A stretch of 64,000 nt of DNA from positions 96,001 through 160,000 of the IMG/VR virus record IMGVR_UViG_3300028591_000070; one strand, written 5' to 3'. Origin of the DNA: a virus. Taxonomy: Duplodnaviria; Caudoviricetes. The position numbers and the translations under genes were made by a program. The notes beneath the pieces are model-generated. The model made no database searches. It was not told where the DNA came from and saw only the letters and a list, made by a program, of their open reading frames with translations. Shown here piece by piece: positions 1 to 8,679 of the stretch (position 1 is the first letter of the stretch; each line of letters opens with the position of its first letter).

Positions 1-306
1 GGTGATTTTCATGTGCAGATGTACTATTGGGATGATGATGTGAAGGACTATAGAGCATGCATAAAAGAAGCCCACTTTGATGGTAAATATTTCCATCTCT
101 ATGATTTAGATGCTTATGAAGCAGTAAACTGGATTGATGATTGGAGTTATTTTACAACAAATATTAAAACTCCAGTTTGTGAAGGTTGGATAAATGAAGT
201 AAATAAAGGATGGAGAAATCCAAGCCCTTTATGCTGTAAGTTTAATTCAGAAACTAAAAAATATGAAATCATAAAAGAAGATAAACTTAAACTCTTAAAA
301 GAGTAA
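1..306 (+). CDS. hypothetical protein, 5'-partial (frame open from window start)
   Basis: Frame 1 is open from nt 1 to TAA at 304-306 and is followed by a terminator. Confidence 0.7.
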   Translation, partial: GDFHVQMYYWDDDVKDYRACIKEAHFDGKYFHLYDLDAYEAVNWIDDWSYFTTNIKTPVCEGWINEVNKGWRNPSPLCCKFNSETKKYEIIKEDKLKLLKE

Positions 307-338
307 AAAATAAGCCGCTCAATTGAGCGGCTTTATTA
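307..338. terminator. bidirectional intrinsic terminator
   Basis: AAGCCGCTC-AATT-GAGCGGCTT hairpin with A-tract before and T-rich tract after, between convergent genes. Confidence 0.85.
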
Positions 339-776
339 TTAGAAATTATCAGGTACTTGTATTGTTATCAATTCAGAAGCGTCCATGCATTTACCAACTC
401 CTGGGTCACCGGCAATCAACGCGTGGCGCTTATCAGCATGTCCTAAAATAACTGCTTTAACTATATTTTCCATATCTCTGAAAATGAAGTCGGCATCATT
501 TGCAATTTCAGTGGCATCTTCATCCATTAAAGCAGCTAATGCATCAGATGGAGCTTCACCAATATGAGAAGCACCTCCATATAATGGGGCATCAGGTTTT
601 GGAGGAACTGGAGCTTTTGCTTCTTTTATTTTTCTTTCTGGGTCTTTATCAGCATCATAATTTGCAGGATTTTCTTCTGCATTAGGAGCAAAATCATCTA
701 ATCCTATTTCTTTAGGCATCTCTCCTTTTTCAATGCTTGATAAAATATCTAAAAGACTTTCATTTATATATTTCAC
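339..776 (-). CDS. N-terminal fragment of a P-loop (AAA-type) ATPase fused to a 16-aa split-intein N-fragment
   Basis: HALIAGDPGVGK Walker A is followed directly by CMDASELITIQVPDNF-stop (intein block A pattern) instead of T/S; SD GGAG upstream. Confidence 0.75.
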   Translation of the reverse strand: MKYINESLLDILSSIEKGEMPKEIGLDDFAPNAEENPANYDADKDPERKIKEAKAPVPPKPDAPLYGGASHIGEAPSDALAALMDEDATEIANDADFIFRDMENIVKAVILGHADKRHALIAGDPGVGKCMDASELITIQVPDNF

Positions 777-778
777 TT

Positions 779-1216
779 TTACTCTCCTTTAATGCAGTGA
801 AATAATGTATGCTTCTTAAAAGGACCATAACTTTCTGTTAAAACTAAATCCTGAGTAGGATCTTCAGGAGCAGTTAAAGCCGTAATAAATGGACACTTCA
901 ATTCTGATGGATCTGTTGGAGTTGGAACTACAGGAGCTTTAAGGCCTGAATTTACTAATGGTTCTGCAGTATTTAATGAGTATTCAATTGGAGTCTCAGC
1001 CTGAGCAATCAATGAAGCTGGGTCTCTACGATTATAAACTACAACTTCTGCCGGATTAGAAGGCTCAACTGTCTCCTGTTCTTTTTGGAATCCTGGAAGA
1101 ATGTTGCCAATATCCTCTGGAGAAATAAAATATTGAATTACCATTCCCTTTGGAGGAATAAAGTTTATTGCTTTAAGAAAATCTTCTTCGTTTGGTTCTT
1201 GAACTGATATGTACAT
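779..1216 (-). CDS. hypothetical Pro-rich late protein
   Basis: ORF preceded by the ACTAATTA late motif; tightly coupled to 339..776. Confidence 0.7.
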   Translation of the reverse strand: MYISVQEPNEEDFLKAINFIPPKGMVIQYFISPEDIGNILPGFQKEQETVEPSNPAEVVVYNRRDPASLIAQAETPIEYSLNTAEPLVNSGLKAPVVPTPTDPSELKCPFITALTAPEDPTQDLVLTESYGPFKKHTLFHCIKGE

Positions 1217-1219
1217 GTT

Positions 1220-1756
1220 TTAATTAGTAGAATTGCGACGAGATCTTTGTTTTAAGGCTTTGCTAATATTTTCATTGTGTGACTTTGGACGTTTTTTAGC
1301 ATATTCAGAAATAGATTTATTTCTATTTGCAATTACATCTTCATCTAAATGAGACATCGACTCGGCAATTTTATTTCTAACCTCCTTTGCTTTTTCTTCA
1401 CCATATAAAATATCCAATGGTGGTTTATACCACTTAATATAATGTGGTTTTGCTTCTTCAAATTCTTTTGTATAATAAATTCTCAAACTTTTAAATTGAG
1501 GCTTATTATAAATTTGAATAAGCTTATTATAACAATATGTTTGCATTTCGCCATCGCTCTCTTTCGCTTTAAGGTAATATAATCTCAAAGCAATTGCCAA
1601 TGGAACTTCGAAAAAATATAAAAACTTATAGGTCATAGTATTTTCAGGAATAAGACCTATGTTTACGAGACTTTGAGTTTTCCTAAATAACTCGTCAAAG
1701 TTTTCAATTTTATCCAAGTCATTCCATTGAGAAATGAATGAAACATCTATAATCAT
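1220..1756 (-). CDS. homing-endonuclease-like (NUMOD3-type) DNA-binding protein, no recognisable catalytic motif
   Basis: C-terminal LYGEEKAKEVRNKIAES and HNENISKALK resemble NUMOD3-type HEG DNA-binding repeats. Confidence 0.5.
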   Translation of the reverse strand: MIIDVSFISQWNDLDKIENFDELFRKTQSLVNIGLIPENTMTYKFLYFFEVPLAIALRLYYLKAKESDGEMQTYCYNKLIQIYNKPQFKSLRIYYTKEFEEAKPHYIKWYKPPLDILYGEEKAKEVRNKIAESMSHLDEDVIANRNKSISEYAKKRPKSHNENISKALKQRSRRNSTN

Positions 1757-2367
1757 TTTGTGTCATACATCCTTGATGGTGTGAAATATTTTCCTTGATT
1801 ATTATGCTCACAATGTACAAACTTTACTATAGGTTCATCATAAGTAAAATCTGGCGAGCAAAAATAACTAGTATTGAATGATGAACAATGGCCATTAAAT
1901 GAAATCTTTTTATCTGGAATTATTAAGCTAATAGGGTTATCTGCAAAATAATTTCCCATAATCTGATAGTTGAGGCTCTCAAGATTCATGCATAAAACCC
2001 AAGTAAACTTATACTCATTTAATGTTTTAATTATATCAAGTTTTTTAGAAAATGGTGGATTTGATAAAACTAGGTCAACATAGCCAATAGTTTTTATTTT
2101 TTCAAAAAAGTCTCCATCTGGCTCAGAAATGTGAGAATGAATAATTTCTATTTCTTTACCAAATTTTTCTTTTAATGCAATTACAAACTCTGAGTTCTCT
2201 TTATCAAAAGGACACCAAATTCGTGGAATTGGTTTTGTTGGATTCCAATTAGAATAAATTCCATCTATGTAATTTTCTACAAAAGGCATAATTACATCAA
2301 CTAAAATCTTTGGTGTATATAATTCATCATTATCTCTTTTCATTGCATTTCTAATACTTGTTGACAT
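1753..2367 (-). CDS. phage DNA N6-adenine methyltransferase
   Basis: DELYTP, IWCPFD, GDFF and catalytic SNPPFS motifs. Confidence 0.85.
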   Translation of the reverse strand: MSTSIRNAMKRDNDELYTPKILVDVIMPFVENYIDGIYSNWNPTKPIPRIWCPFDKENSEFVIALKEKFGKEIEIIHSHISEPDGDFFEKIKTIGYVDLVLSNPPFSKKLDIIKTLNEYKFTWVLCMNLESLNYQIMGNYFADNPISLIIPDKKISFNGHCSSFNTSYFCSPDFTYDEPIVKFVHCEHNNQGKYFTPSRMYDTK

Positions 2368-2408
2368 CTTATGTTAGTTAGTAGAATTTTCAAAAATCAA
2401 AATTTTAA

Positions 2409-2440
2409 TTGAACTTTTTATATCACTCTAGTATATTCTA
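2409..2440 (+). promoter_or_regulatory. early sigma70-type promoter
   Basis: TTGAAC-17nt-TATATT-CTA; same consensus recurs at least 8 more times. Confidence 0.85.
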
Positions 2441-2469
2441 TATAAGAAAATTTTATAGGAGATTTTACT

Positions 2470-2763
2470 ATGGAAACAATGGTTAAAGATTTTTTCTACG
2501 ATAACAAAAACACAGGTGAACGTAAGCGCCGCAATGTTGTAGTTCTTAAGGAACGCGATTTTGCTTCACAGAAGGTTATGCAGTCTGCAGAAGAAGACTC
2601 AATTGAAGGTATTGATCTTTCTCTCCTTTCTGAAAAGGAAGTTAAGCGTTTCTTGAAGGTAAAGGAAGCTTATGATAAGCAGATGGCAAAGGTTATGCCT
2701 AAGGCTTACCGCAAGTTTTTGAAGTCTGGAATCATTGAAGTTGACCAGATCCTTGGTAAGTAA
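2470..2763 (+). CDS. hypothetical early protein
   Basis: SD AGGAG; first gene after the early promoter. Confidence 0.8.
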   Translation: METMVKDFFYDNKNTGERKRRNVVVLKERDFASQKVMQSAEEDSIEGIDLSLLSEKEVKRFLKVKEAYDKQMAKVMPKAYRKFLKSGIIEVDQILGK

Positions 2764-2765
2764 AT

Positions 2766-2948
2766 ATGAAACTATTTGAAAACTGCATAGTTCAGTCAAA
2801 ATCTTATCCAGAGTTGAATGGAAAACGTGTGACACGAACTGTTAAGTGGTGTTATTGCGGAAATCAAGACTCAACTCTGTATGAGGTTATTCTGGATGAT
2901 GGGAAACATTATCAGCTCTATGAAGATGAGATGGTGGAAAAGAAATGA
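2766..2948 (+). CDS. hypothetical protein
   Basis: Tightly packed operon ORF. Confidence 0.7.
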   Translation: MKLFENCIVQSKSYPELNGKRVTRTVKWCYCGNQDSTLYEVILDDGKHYQLYEDEMVEKK

Positions 2949-3361
2949 AAGAAAAAATTACATATATTGCCAGAGATGGCCGTGAGTTTTCATCCAAAGA
3001 TGAATGTCTTCACTATGAAAATGGTGATGCAATTCGTTCTGTGAGAAAATCTAAACAAATTGCTTATGACATAATTTGCTCTGAATTACATGCTATTAAG
3101 CAGAAGGGCACATGGCAGGAAACTCTGAATCGGAGTAATAAAAAACTTAACACTTATATAAATCTTCCTCGAAGCCATCAAGTTCTTGAAGAGATGCTCC
3201 ATACTATAAAGGACGTTTTAAGCTATACAAATAGCGTAAATGCCCATAATAACAGAATTAAAGAATTGCGTGAAAAACGTAATAAGTTAAAAGCCGATAT
3301 TATTGGTTTAGACAAAAAAATTGCAGAAATTGATGCTAATAAGGAGTCTAATAATGATTGA
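2945..3361 (+). CDS. hypothetical coiled-coil protein
   Basis: ATGA overlap; YIARDGREFSSKDECLHYE is a common phage hypothetical N-terminus. Confidence 0.75.
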   Translation: MKEKITYIARDGREFSSKDECLHYENGDAIRSVRKSKQIAYDIICSELHAIKQKGTWQETLNRSNKKLNTYINLPRSHQVLEEMLHTIKDVLSYTNSVNAHNNRIKELREKRNKLKADIIGLDKKIAEIDANKESNND

Positions 3362-3593
3362 TCCTGCTATTCAAACAGCTTATGGAGAACTTTGCAAAAA
3401 GCTTCAAGACGAAGCTAATAATCTTTGTGGGCCATCAGCAGTAATTATTGCTCCTGTTGAACGACCTTATGGAACAATGATTTATCTTTCTTATGGTGAT
3501 AAAGAATATGAGTTTAATCCAAGTGGTTTTAATTATCTTTATGTTCTTCGCCAGCTTACAGATAATCCAGTTATGGATGCTATAATGGAGTAG
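3354..3593 (+). CDS. hypothetical protein
   Basis: Start moved to ATG 3354 behind AAGGAG. Confidence 0.7.
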   Translation: MIDPAIQTAYGELCKKLQDEANNLCGPSAVIIAPVERPYGTMIYLSYGDKEYEFNPSGFNYLYVLRQLTDNPVMDAIME

Positions 3594-3596
3594 ATT

Positions 3597-4052
3597 ATGT
3601 TTTTTCGTCCAACATTTGAAGAGTTTTCAAAAGCAGCTCAAGCTAAAAAAACTCAAATTGAAAATTTAAGAATAGCTGCTGAAAATAATCATAAAAGTGC
3701 TTTAAATCAGTTGAATGTTGCTTTTTCAGCTTTTGCAAAACAGATGTACCCTTATTTTGAAGAAACTTGTAAGGTCAGTGGCCTAAATGACCTTTATTTT
3801 TCAATTAACGAAGATAATTGGGATTATGAGGTGACTTATTACTCCGACCATCGAATAGAGTTTATACTCACATATGATACACAACACTTTATTATTTTGG
3901 AATATCAAGCTGTTCATGGCCAAGAAGGTTCTGTAGACGTTACAGAAAAGCTAACAACAGGTGATGCTGACATTGAGCGCGCCACAAGGTATTTTCAAAG
4001 TCCAGTTTTTATGGGTAGTGTGACAGATAAACTCTTGGAGTGTATACAATGA
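3597..4052 (+). CDS. hypothetical protein
   Basis: SD GGAG, operon packing. Confidence 0.75.
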   Translation: MFFRPTFEEFSKAAQAKKTQIENLRIAAENNHKSALNQLNVAFSAFAKQMYPYFEETCKVSGLNDLYFSINEDNWDYEVTYYSDHRIEFILTYDTQHFIILEYQAVHGQEGSVDVTEKLTTGDADIERATRYFQSPVFMGSVTDKLLECIQ

Positions 4053-4237
4053 AAATGATTATTACATATTTGGCTGGTTTTATTTCTGCAGGAGCTTTGC
4101 TTTTAAGCTGGATAAATGGAGAAATTATTTTTGGTTTTATTATTTCCATTCCAATAACAATTCTTGCTTTTATTTTTGTACATAAAGTTCATAAGAAAAA
4201 GCAGAAAGAATATTACAATCGCTTTAAGGGGCTTTAA
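4049..4237 (+). CDS. small membrane protein
   Basis: Two hydrophobic segments and a basic tail; ATGA overlap. Confidence 0.7.
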   Translation: MKMIITYLAGFISAGALLLSWINGEIIFGFIISIPITILAFIFVHKVHKKKQKEYYNRFKGL

Positions 4238-4239
4238 TT

Positions 4240-4674
4240 ATGGATGATATTGATGATGCACTTTCTTATGCAAAATATAACTTTGAAGGAGTTATTGCTG
4301 GATTTAGAGTTCAGAAAAAAGAACGTCTAAAAGAAGAAAATAAGCGAAAAGATAAAAAGCCAGAGGAATTTAAACATTTAACTCTTTTTGCTGCGCAACA
4401 TCTTTCAGATGAAATAAAAAATTATTGTCATGCTTATGGTGATTATAACCATGCTACAGTTTGGGCAGCTTCATTTTTGAATGATATGGTTAGTGAATGT
4501 AAACAGCATAATTTTGAAAATTTCATTTCTAAAGATGAAATTCCATTAAAAACCTTAATGGAAAAAGCATGTGAAGTTCTATCAGATGACGTTATGGATG
4601 TTCATGTTTCTTGTAAGGCACACTTTCATGAAAGAAATGCGGACCCATATTTTGAAATTATTTTGAAATATTAG
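4240..4674 (+). CDS. hypothetical protein
   Basis: Operon packing. Confidence 0.75.
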   Translation: MDDIDDALSYAKYNFEGVIAGFRVQKKERLKEENKRKDKKPEEFKHLTLFAAQHLSDEIKNYCHAYGDYNHATVWAASFLNDMVSECKQHNFENFISKDEIPLKTLMEKACEVLSDDVMDVHVSCKAHFHERNADPYFEIILKY

Positions 4675-4682
4675 GAGTGATA

Positions 4683-4940
4683 ATGGCTAAAAAACTGATG
4701 ATTATTTCTTGGTTGGCATTAAACATTATTGGATTTGCAGGTATTTTTGTAAATTGGCCTAAATTATTTCTTTTAATTGTTGTTCCAATTTTATTGGTTA
4801 TTCTTATTACTTCCTTCTTCAAAGAAGAAACTAATGTTGAAAAAAGAGAGCTTGAAAGTTTTAGAGCCTATATAAACTCAGGTATTGATGGTGCTGCTGA
4901 AAAAATTGCAGAACATCCGGAGGTATTGCTATGGAGATAA
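4683..4940 (+). CDS. small membrane protein
   Basis: SD AGGAG; two predicted TM segments. Confidence 0.7.
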   Translation: MAKKLMIISWLALNIIGFAGIFVNWPKLFLLIVVPILLVILITSFFKEETNVEKRELESFRAYINSGIDGAAEKIAEHPEVLLWR

Positions 4941-5122
4941 TGAGAAAAACATTTCTTGCCACTAAAACAACATTGACTATTGCTTTTCTTATGGGTTTGC
5001 TTTTACTTATGGGAAAAGGATATGAAATGCATGTAATTCCTTTACCTACTATGGTAAGTGCATTTTTATATGTGGTTATTACTGTTGGTGCAATTTGGAA
5101 ATTGGTCACATCTGAACTTTAA
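4940..5122 (+). CDS. small membrane protein
   Basis: TAATG overlap; two hydrophobic segments. Confidence 0.65.
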   Translation: MRKTFLATKTTLTIAFLMGLLLLMGKGYEMHVIPLPTMVSAFLYVVITVGAIWKLVTSEL

Positions 5123-5153
5123 AAGTTAATATTTTAATCAAGGAGAAAAATCT

Positions 5154-5477
5154 ATGTTGGACGCAAAGAAAATTACGTTTAATAGTATTAAGCTTGTTAT
5201 TACTGAAATCGCTTATGGTTTGATTTTGACACTCATCAATGTTGGTAAGCAAGTTTTGAATACTGTTATTACTCAGTATGGTGCTACTTCAGAAATTCAG
5301 CGCCTTAAAGGTGAAACACCTTTAGCTGTTGTAGAAGTTTTGCAAAATCATACAAATTCACTTCATCTTGCCGCAAATGGTTTGATGCTTATTGTGATTA
5401 TACTTATGGCTTATTCAGCTTACAAGTATGTAAAAAATACTTATCTTGTAGAAAACTCACCTAGTGAGAAGAAATAA
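5154..5477 (+). CDS. membrane protein, probable partner of the SPFH protein
   Basis: SD AAGGAG; two hydrophobic segments; directly upstream of the SPFH gene. Confidence 0.7.
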   Translation: MLDAKKITFNSIKLVITEIAYGLILTLINVGKQVLNTVITQYGATSEIQRLKGETPLAVVEVLQNHTNSLHLAANGLMLIVIILMAYSAYKYVKNTYLVENSPSEKK

Positions 5478-5494
5478 AAATTAAGGAGATTTTA

Positions 5495-6604
5495 ATGAAA
5501 AAATCACTTTTTGGACTGTTTGCAATTATTGCAATGTGTTTTATGTCTACTTCTTGTTTGTTTATCAAACCTTATGATAAACCAGAGTATGTATCAATTG
5601 GAACAAATGAAACTGCATTCCTTATTGACCAGTTTGCTGATGACAACAAGGCGAATGGCCAGGTAAAAGTAAATGGTGATGCAAATTACCGTACAGTAAA
5701 CTCTAAGCTTGTAAAGATTGGTCACAAGTGGGTACAGACAGGTCGTCTTCCTGCTACAGGTCATTACATCGCTTCTGAAATTGTAATCGCTGTATCAAAC
5801 TCACCAGTTACAGGTACATGGGCTAATGATATTAAGGTTGAAACAAAAGGTTCTCAGGGATTTACAGTACCTATGAAATGGGGTATTCGTGTTAAGCCAG
5901 AAAATTCAGAACGTTTCTTGCGCAACTTCCCAGCTAATGTTCAGATTATGAGTGAAGATGGAAAGTCTAAGCTCTCTAAGAAAATGACATCAGTTAAGTC
6001 TGTAGCAGAAGACCAGTTTAAGACACAGGTTGCCGCTGAATTGTCTAAGGAATTCCATAAGTATGAATATAAAGATGTTCTTCCAGAGCGTGATGTTATT
6101 GTTCAGGCAGCTGTAGAACGTGTTACAGAATGGGCAACCGAACTTGGTATTACTATTGATAACTTGGCCGTATTTGAAGGTTTGATCCCAGATGATACTA
6201 CATTGCAGGATTCTTTGGATGAACAGGCTAAACTCGCTGCTCAGGTTGAAACTGAAAAGAAGAGATTTGATGCTGAAAAGCAGAAGAAACAGAATGAGAT
6301 TGAACTTCAGAAAATGGAGAAACTTCGTATTGAAGCTGAAACAGAAAATGCTAAGGCTGAAGCTTGTAAGACAGTAGAAACACAGAAGATTTTGGCTCAG
6401 ACATCTAATATCGAACTTGCTCGTAAGCAGCGTGAACAGGAAATTGCAAACCTTAAGTTGAAAGGTGAAGCAGAAGCTGAAGCTATTAAGATTCGTGCTA
6501 AGGCATTGGAAAATGTAAGCCTTCCAAAGGTTGTTACATCTAATGACCTCAAGGTACTTGGTCTTGATAGCCTTATTCGTGAAGCTACCGAAACAAGTCG
6601 CTAG
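5495..6604 (+). CDS. SPFH/band-7 domain lipoprotein
   Basis: Signal peptide ending FMSTS-C, LGITIDNL-type SPFH strand, long A/E/K coiled-coil C-terminus. Confidence 0.8.
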   Translation: MKKSLFGLFAIIAMCFMSTSCLFIKPYDKPEYVSIGTNETAFLIDQFADDNKANGQVKVNGDANYRTVNSKLVKIGHKWVQTGRLPATGHYIASEIVIAVSNSPVTGTWANDIKVETKGSQGFTVPMKWGIRVKPENSERFLRNFPANVQIMSEDGKSKLSKKMTSVKSVAEDQFKTQVAAELSKEFHKYEYKDVLPERDVIVQAAVERVTEWATELGITIDNLAVFEGLIPDDTTLQDSLDEQAKLAAQVETEKKRFDAEKQKKQNEIELQKMEKLRIEAETENAKAEACKTVETQKILAQTSNIELARKQREQEIANLKLKGEAEAEAIKIRAKALENVSLPKVVTSNDLKVLGLDSLIREATETSR

Positions 6605-6625
6605 TTATCTTTTAAGATAATAAAT

Positions 6626-6651
6626 GAGGGAGCATTTAGCTCCCTCTTTTT
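6626..6651 (+). terminator. intrinsic terminator
   Basis: GAGGGAGC-ATTTA-GCTCCCTC followed by T-tract. Confidence 0.85.
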
Positions 6652-6662
6652 GGAATTAAACT

Positions 6663-6950
6663 ATGAAAGAAAAAACTAAAATTATTTGGCTTATTATCGC
6701 AGGACTTATATGTGGTACTATTTTGTGGGTATTTACATCTAGTCTTAAAAGAGATGATAGTCCGATAATGGAAGGTACTTCAATTGAAGAGTATGAACAG
6801 CAAATGTTCGAAGAAATTCCTGAAGAAAAAGAACCTCCTAAAAAAGAAGAAAGTCCAATAGACTTTAATAATTATAAGCCTATTCGGATAATTGTTTATC
6901 AACATGGTTCAGTTTGTATAGATCAATTTGGTCAGGTATTTATTAAATGA
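6663..6950 (+). CDS. membrane-anchored hypothetical protein
   Basis: N-terminal TM helix. Confidence 0.7.
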   Translation: MKEKTKIIWLIIAGLICGTILWVFTSSLKRDDSPIMEGTSIEEYEQQMFEEIPEEKEPPKKEESPIDFNNYKPIRIIVYQHGSVCIDQFGQVFIK

Positions 6951-7636
6951 GAATTAATACAAAAACTAAAAATAAAATTATTTTAGGCATTATTATTGCT
7001 ATTTTACTTATAAGCCTTGGTGCTTGGTTTAATGATTTTATAACTCGAGAAAAAGAAATTAAAAATAGTCCAGTCTTTTATGATGGACAACCTTATATAG
7101 ATGAGTCATATGCTATCGCTGAAGATACAGCTATTAAAGAAAATCGAATACCAGAAAAAACAGCTGTTGCTGATTCATACAACTTTAGTTTAAATTCTGG
7201 CGAGTCTAAAACTGTTAAAAGTGGAAATACAACTATATCAGTAACTTATGGCGATAAGAAAAAAACAAATTACTTAATGTCTATTAATGGGATTAAGGTT
7301 GATAAAAATGGTGAGTTTGATATTGCTATTGATGGAATACAATATCATATTAGAGGTATTTCTTTAAAATGCCCTAATCCAGATTGTCGAAGACATACAT
7401 TTTGTTGGGACTGTAATTTTCAATTTACTGAAGATGAAAAGTTGCATGCTGAATGTAATAAGTGTCACGCTTTATATAAATATGAAAATTCTATAGATGA
7501 TTTCTTCTTTAATTGTCCAGAATGTGGTGATAGCAATTGTACTACATTTAAGTCTTGTAATTATTGCAGAAACTGTGGAAGAAATCTTGCAGAAGATAAA
7601 GAAAGATTATTAAATTATTCATGGGAGAGTAGATAA
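6947..7636 (+). CDS. membrane-anchored multi-zinc-ribbon protein
   Basis: N-terminal TM; CPNPDC, CWDC, CNKC, CPEC, CRNC motifs. Confidence 0.75.
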   Translation: MRINTKTKNKIILGIIIAILLISLGAWFNDFITREKEIKNSPVFYDGQPYIDESYAIAEDTAIKENRIPEKTAVADSYNFSLNSGESKTVKSGNTTISVTYGDKKKTNYLMSINGIKVDKNGEFDIAIDGIQYHIRGISLKCPNPDCRRHTFCWDCNFQFTEDEKLHAECNKCHALYKYENSIDDFFFNCPECGDSNCTTFKSCNYCRNCGRNLAEDKERLLNYSWESR

Positions 7637-7902
7637 TGCTTGCTATTATTTTATGGGTTGTTAGTTTAATCATTTGGATTATAAACTTAATTGTAAAAAT
7701 ACGACTTCCTATGAAAAATGCAACAGAAAATGGTTTTCATATCTTAATAGCAGTTTTGTTTATTATACTATCAGTAGTTAATATAGTAGGAAGAGTTATA
7801 AGCTTAAATAGTGATGCTTCTCCTGAGACTATATCTGAAACAACAGAGGCTCCTATAGAAGAACAAAGAGAAGAGCTCTATTATATAGAGGAATCATATT
7901 AA
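7636..7902 (+). CDS. small membrane protein
   Basis: Two TM segments, acidic tail. Confidence 0.7.
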   Translation: MLAIILWVVSLIIWIINLIVKIRLPMKNATENGFHILIAVLFIILSVVNIVGRVISLNSDASPETISETTEAPIEEQREELYYIEESY

Positions 7903-8675
7903 TGCATGAACTTTTAAAAAAGGCAGTAAATACTGAAGGCTTCATTAAACCTGAAGATTTGGCCATTCATTTGGGATTTTTAGAAGAAATAAAAAAATTA
8001 TATGGCGTTCAAAATACTTTTGAAATAGGCTTTTATAAAGGAAGATCTTCTATAATTCCTAGAGCTTTTGGCATAAATCATTATGCAATTGATTATACGG
8101 TTCCTGTAAATAATGAGCCAGGATTAACGATTTTTTATGAAGACTCAAACTTCTTAAAAGAAGATTTATCATTTCTGTTTGGTCAGGTTGACTTTATGAT
8201 CATAGATGGTGACCATTCTTACCAATCTACTAAAAATGATTTACAAATAGCAGCTAAGCTTTTATCGCAGAATGGTATTCTTGTGGTAGATGATACCAAC
8301 TTTAAATTACCAGGTGTTAATGAAGCTCTTTCAGATTTTTTGAAAAATAATAAAGATTTTTGTATTATCTGTAAAGATGATTCAGAAACTTTTTTGTGTA
8401 GATCCAGAGTATGGGAAGTTTATTATAAGTTCGCACTTCTAGAATTACCTTCATTGATGTCTAAATATTTAGACGATTTAAATTTAAAAGTTTTAAGTGG
8501 TGATTCTTTTGAAGCTAGTAGCTTTATAAGTCATCCTTATTTGATATTCGAATTTTTAGATTTTAAAGGTGACATGCGAGTAGAATATCTAGGTAAAAAA
8601 GATTATTATGATAATCCTAATACTTTTGTTTTATTAGAACGAAAAAATTTATCTTATTTAAATATTAAGGAGTAA
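7902..8675 (+). CDS. class I SAM-dependent methyltransferase (Methyltransf_24-like)
   Basis: FEIGFYKGRS, DFMIIDGDHSY, LSQNGILVVDD motifs. Confidence 0.85.
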   Translation: MHELLKKAVNTEGFIKPEDLAIHLGFLEEIKKLYGVQNTFEIGFYKGRSSIIPRAFGINHYAIDYTVPVNNEPGLTIFYEDSNFLKEDLSFLFGQVDFMIIDGDHSYQSTKNDLQIAAKLLSQNGILVVDDTNFKLPGVNEALSDFLKNNKDFCIICKDDSETFLCRSRVWEVYYKFALLELPSLMSKYLDDLNLKVLSGDSFEASSFISHPYLIFEFLDFKGDMRVEYLGKKDYYDNPNTFVLLERKNLSYLNIKE

Positions 8676-8679
8676 AAAT

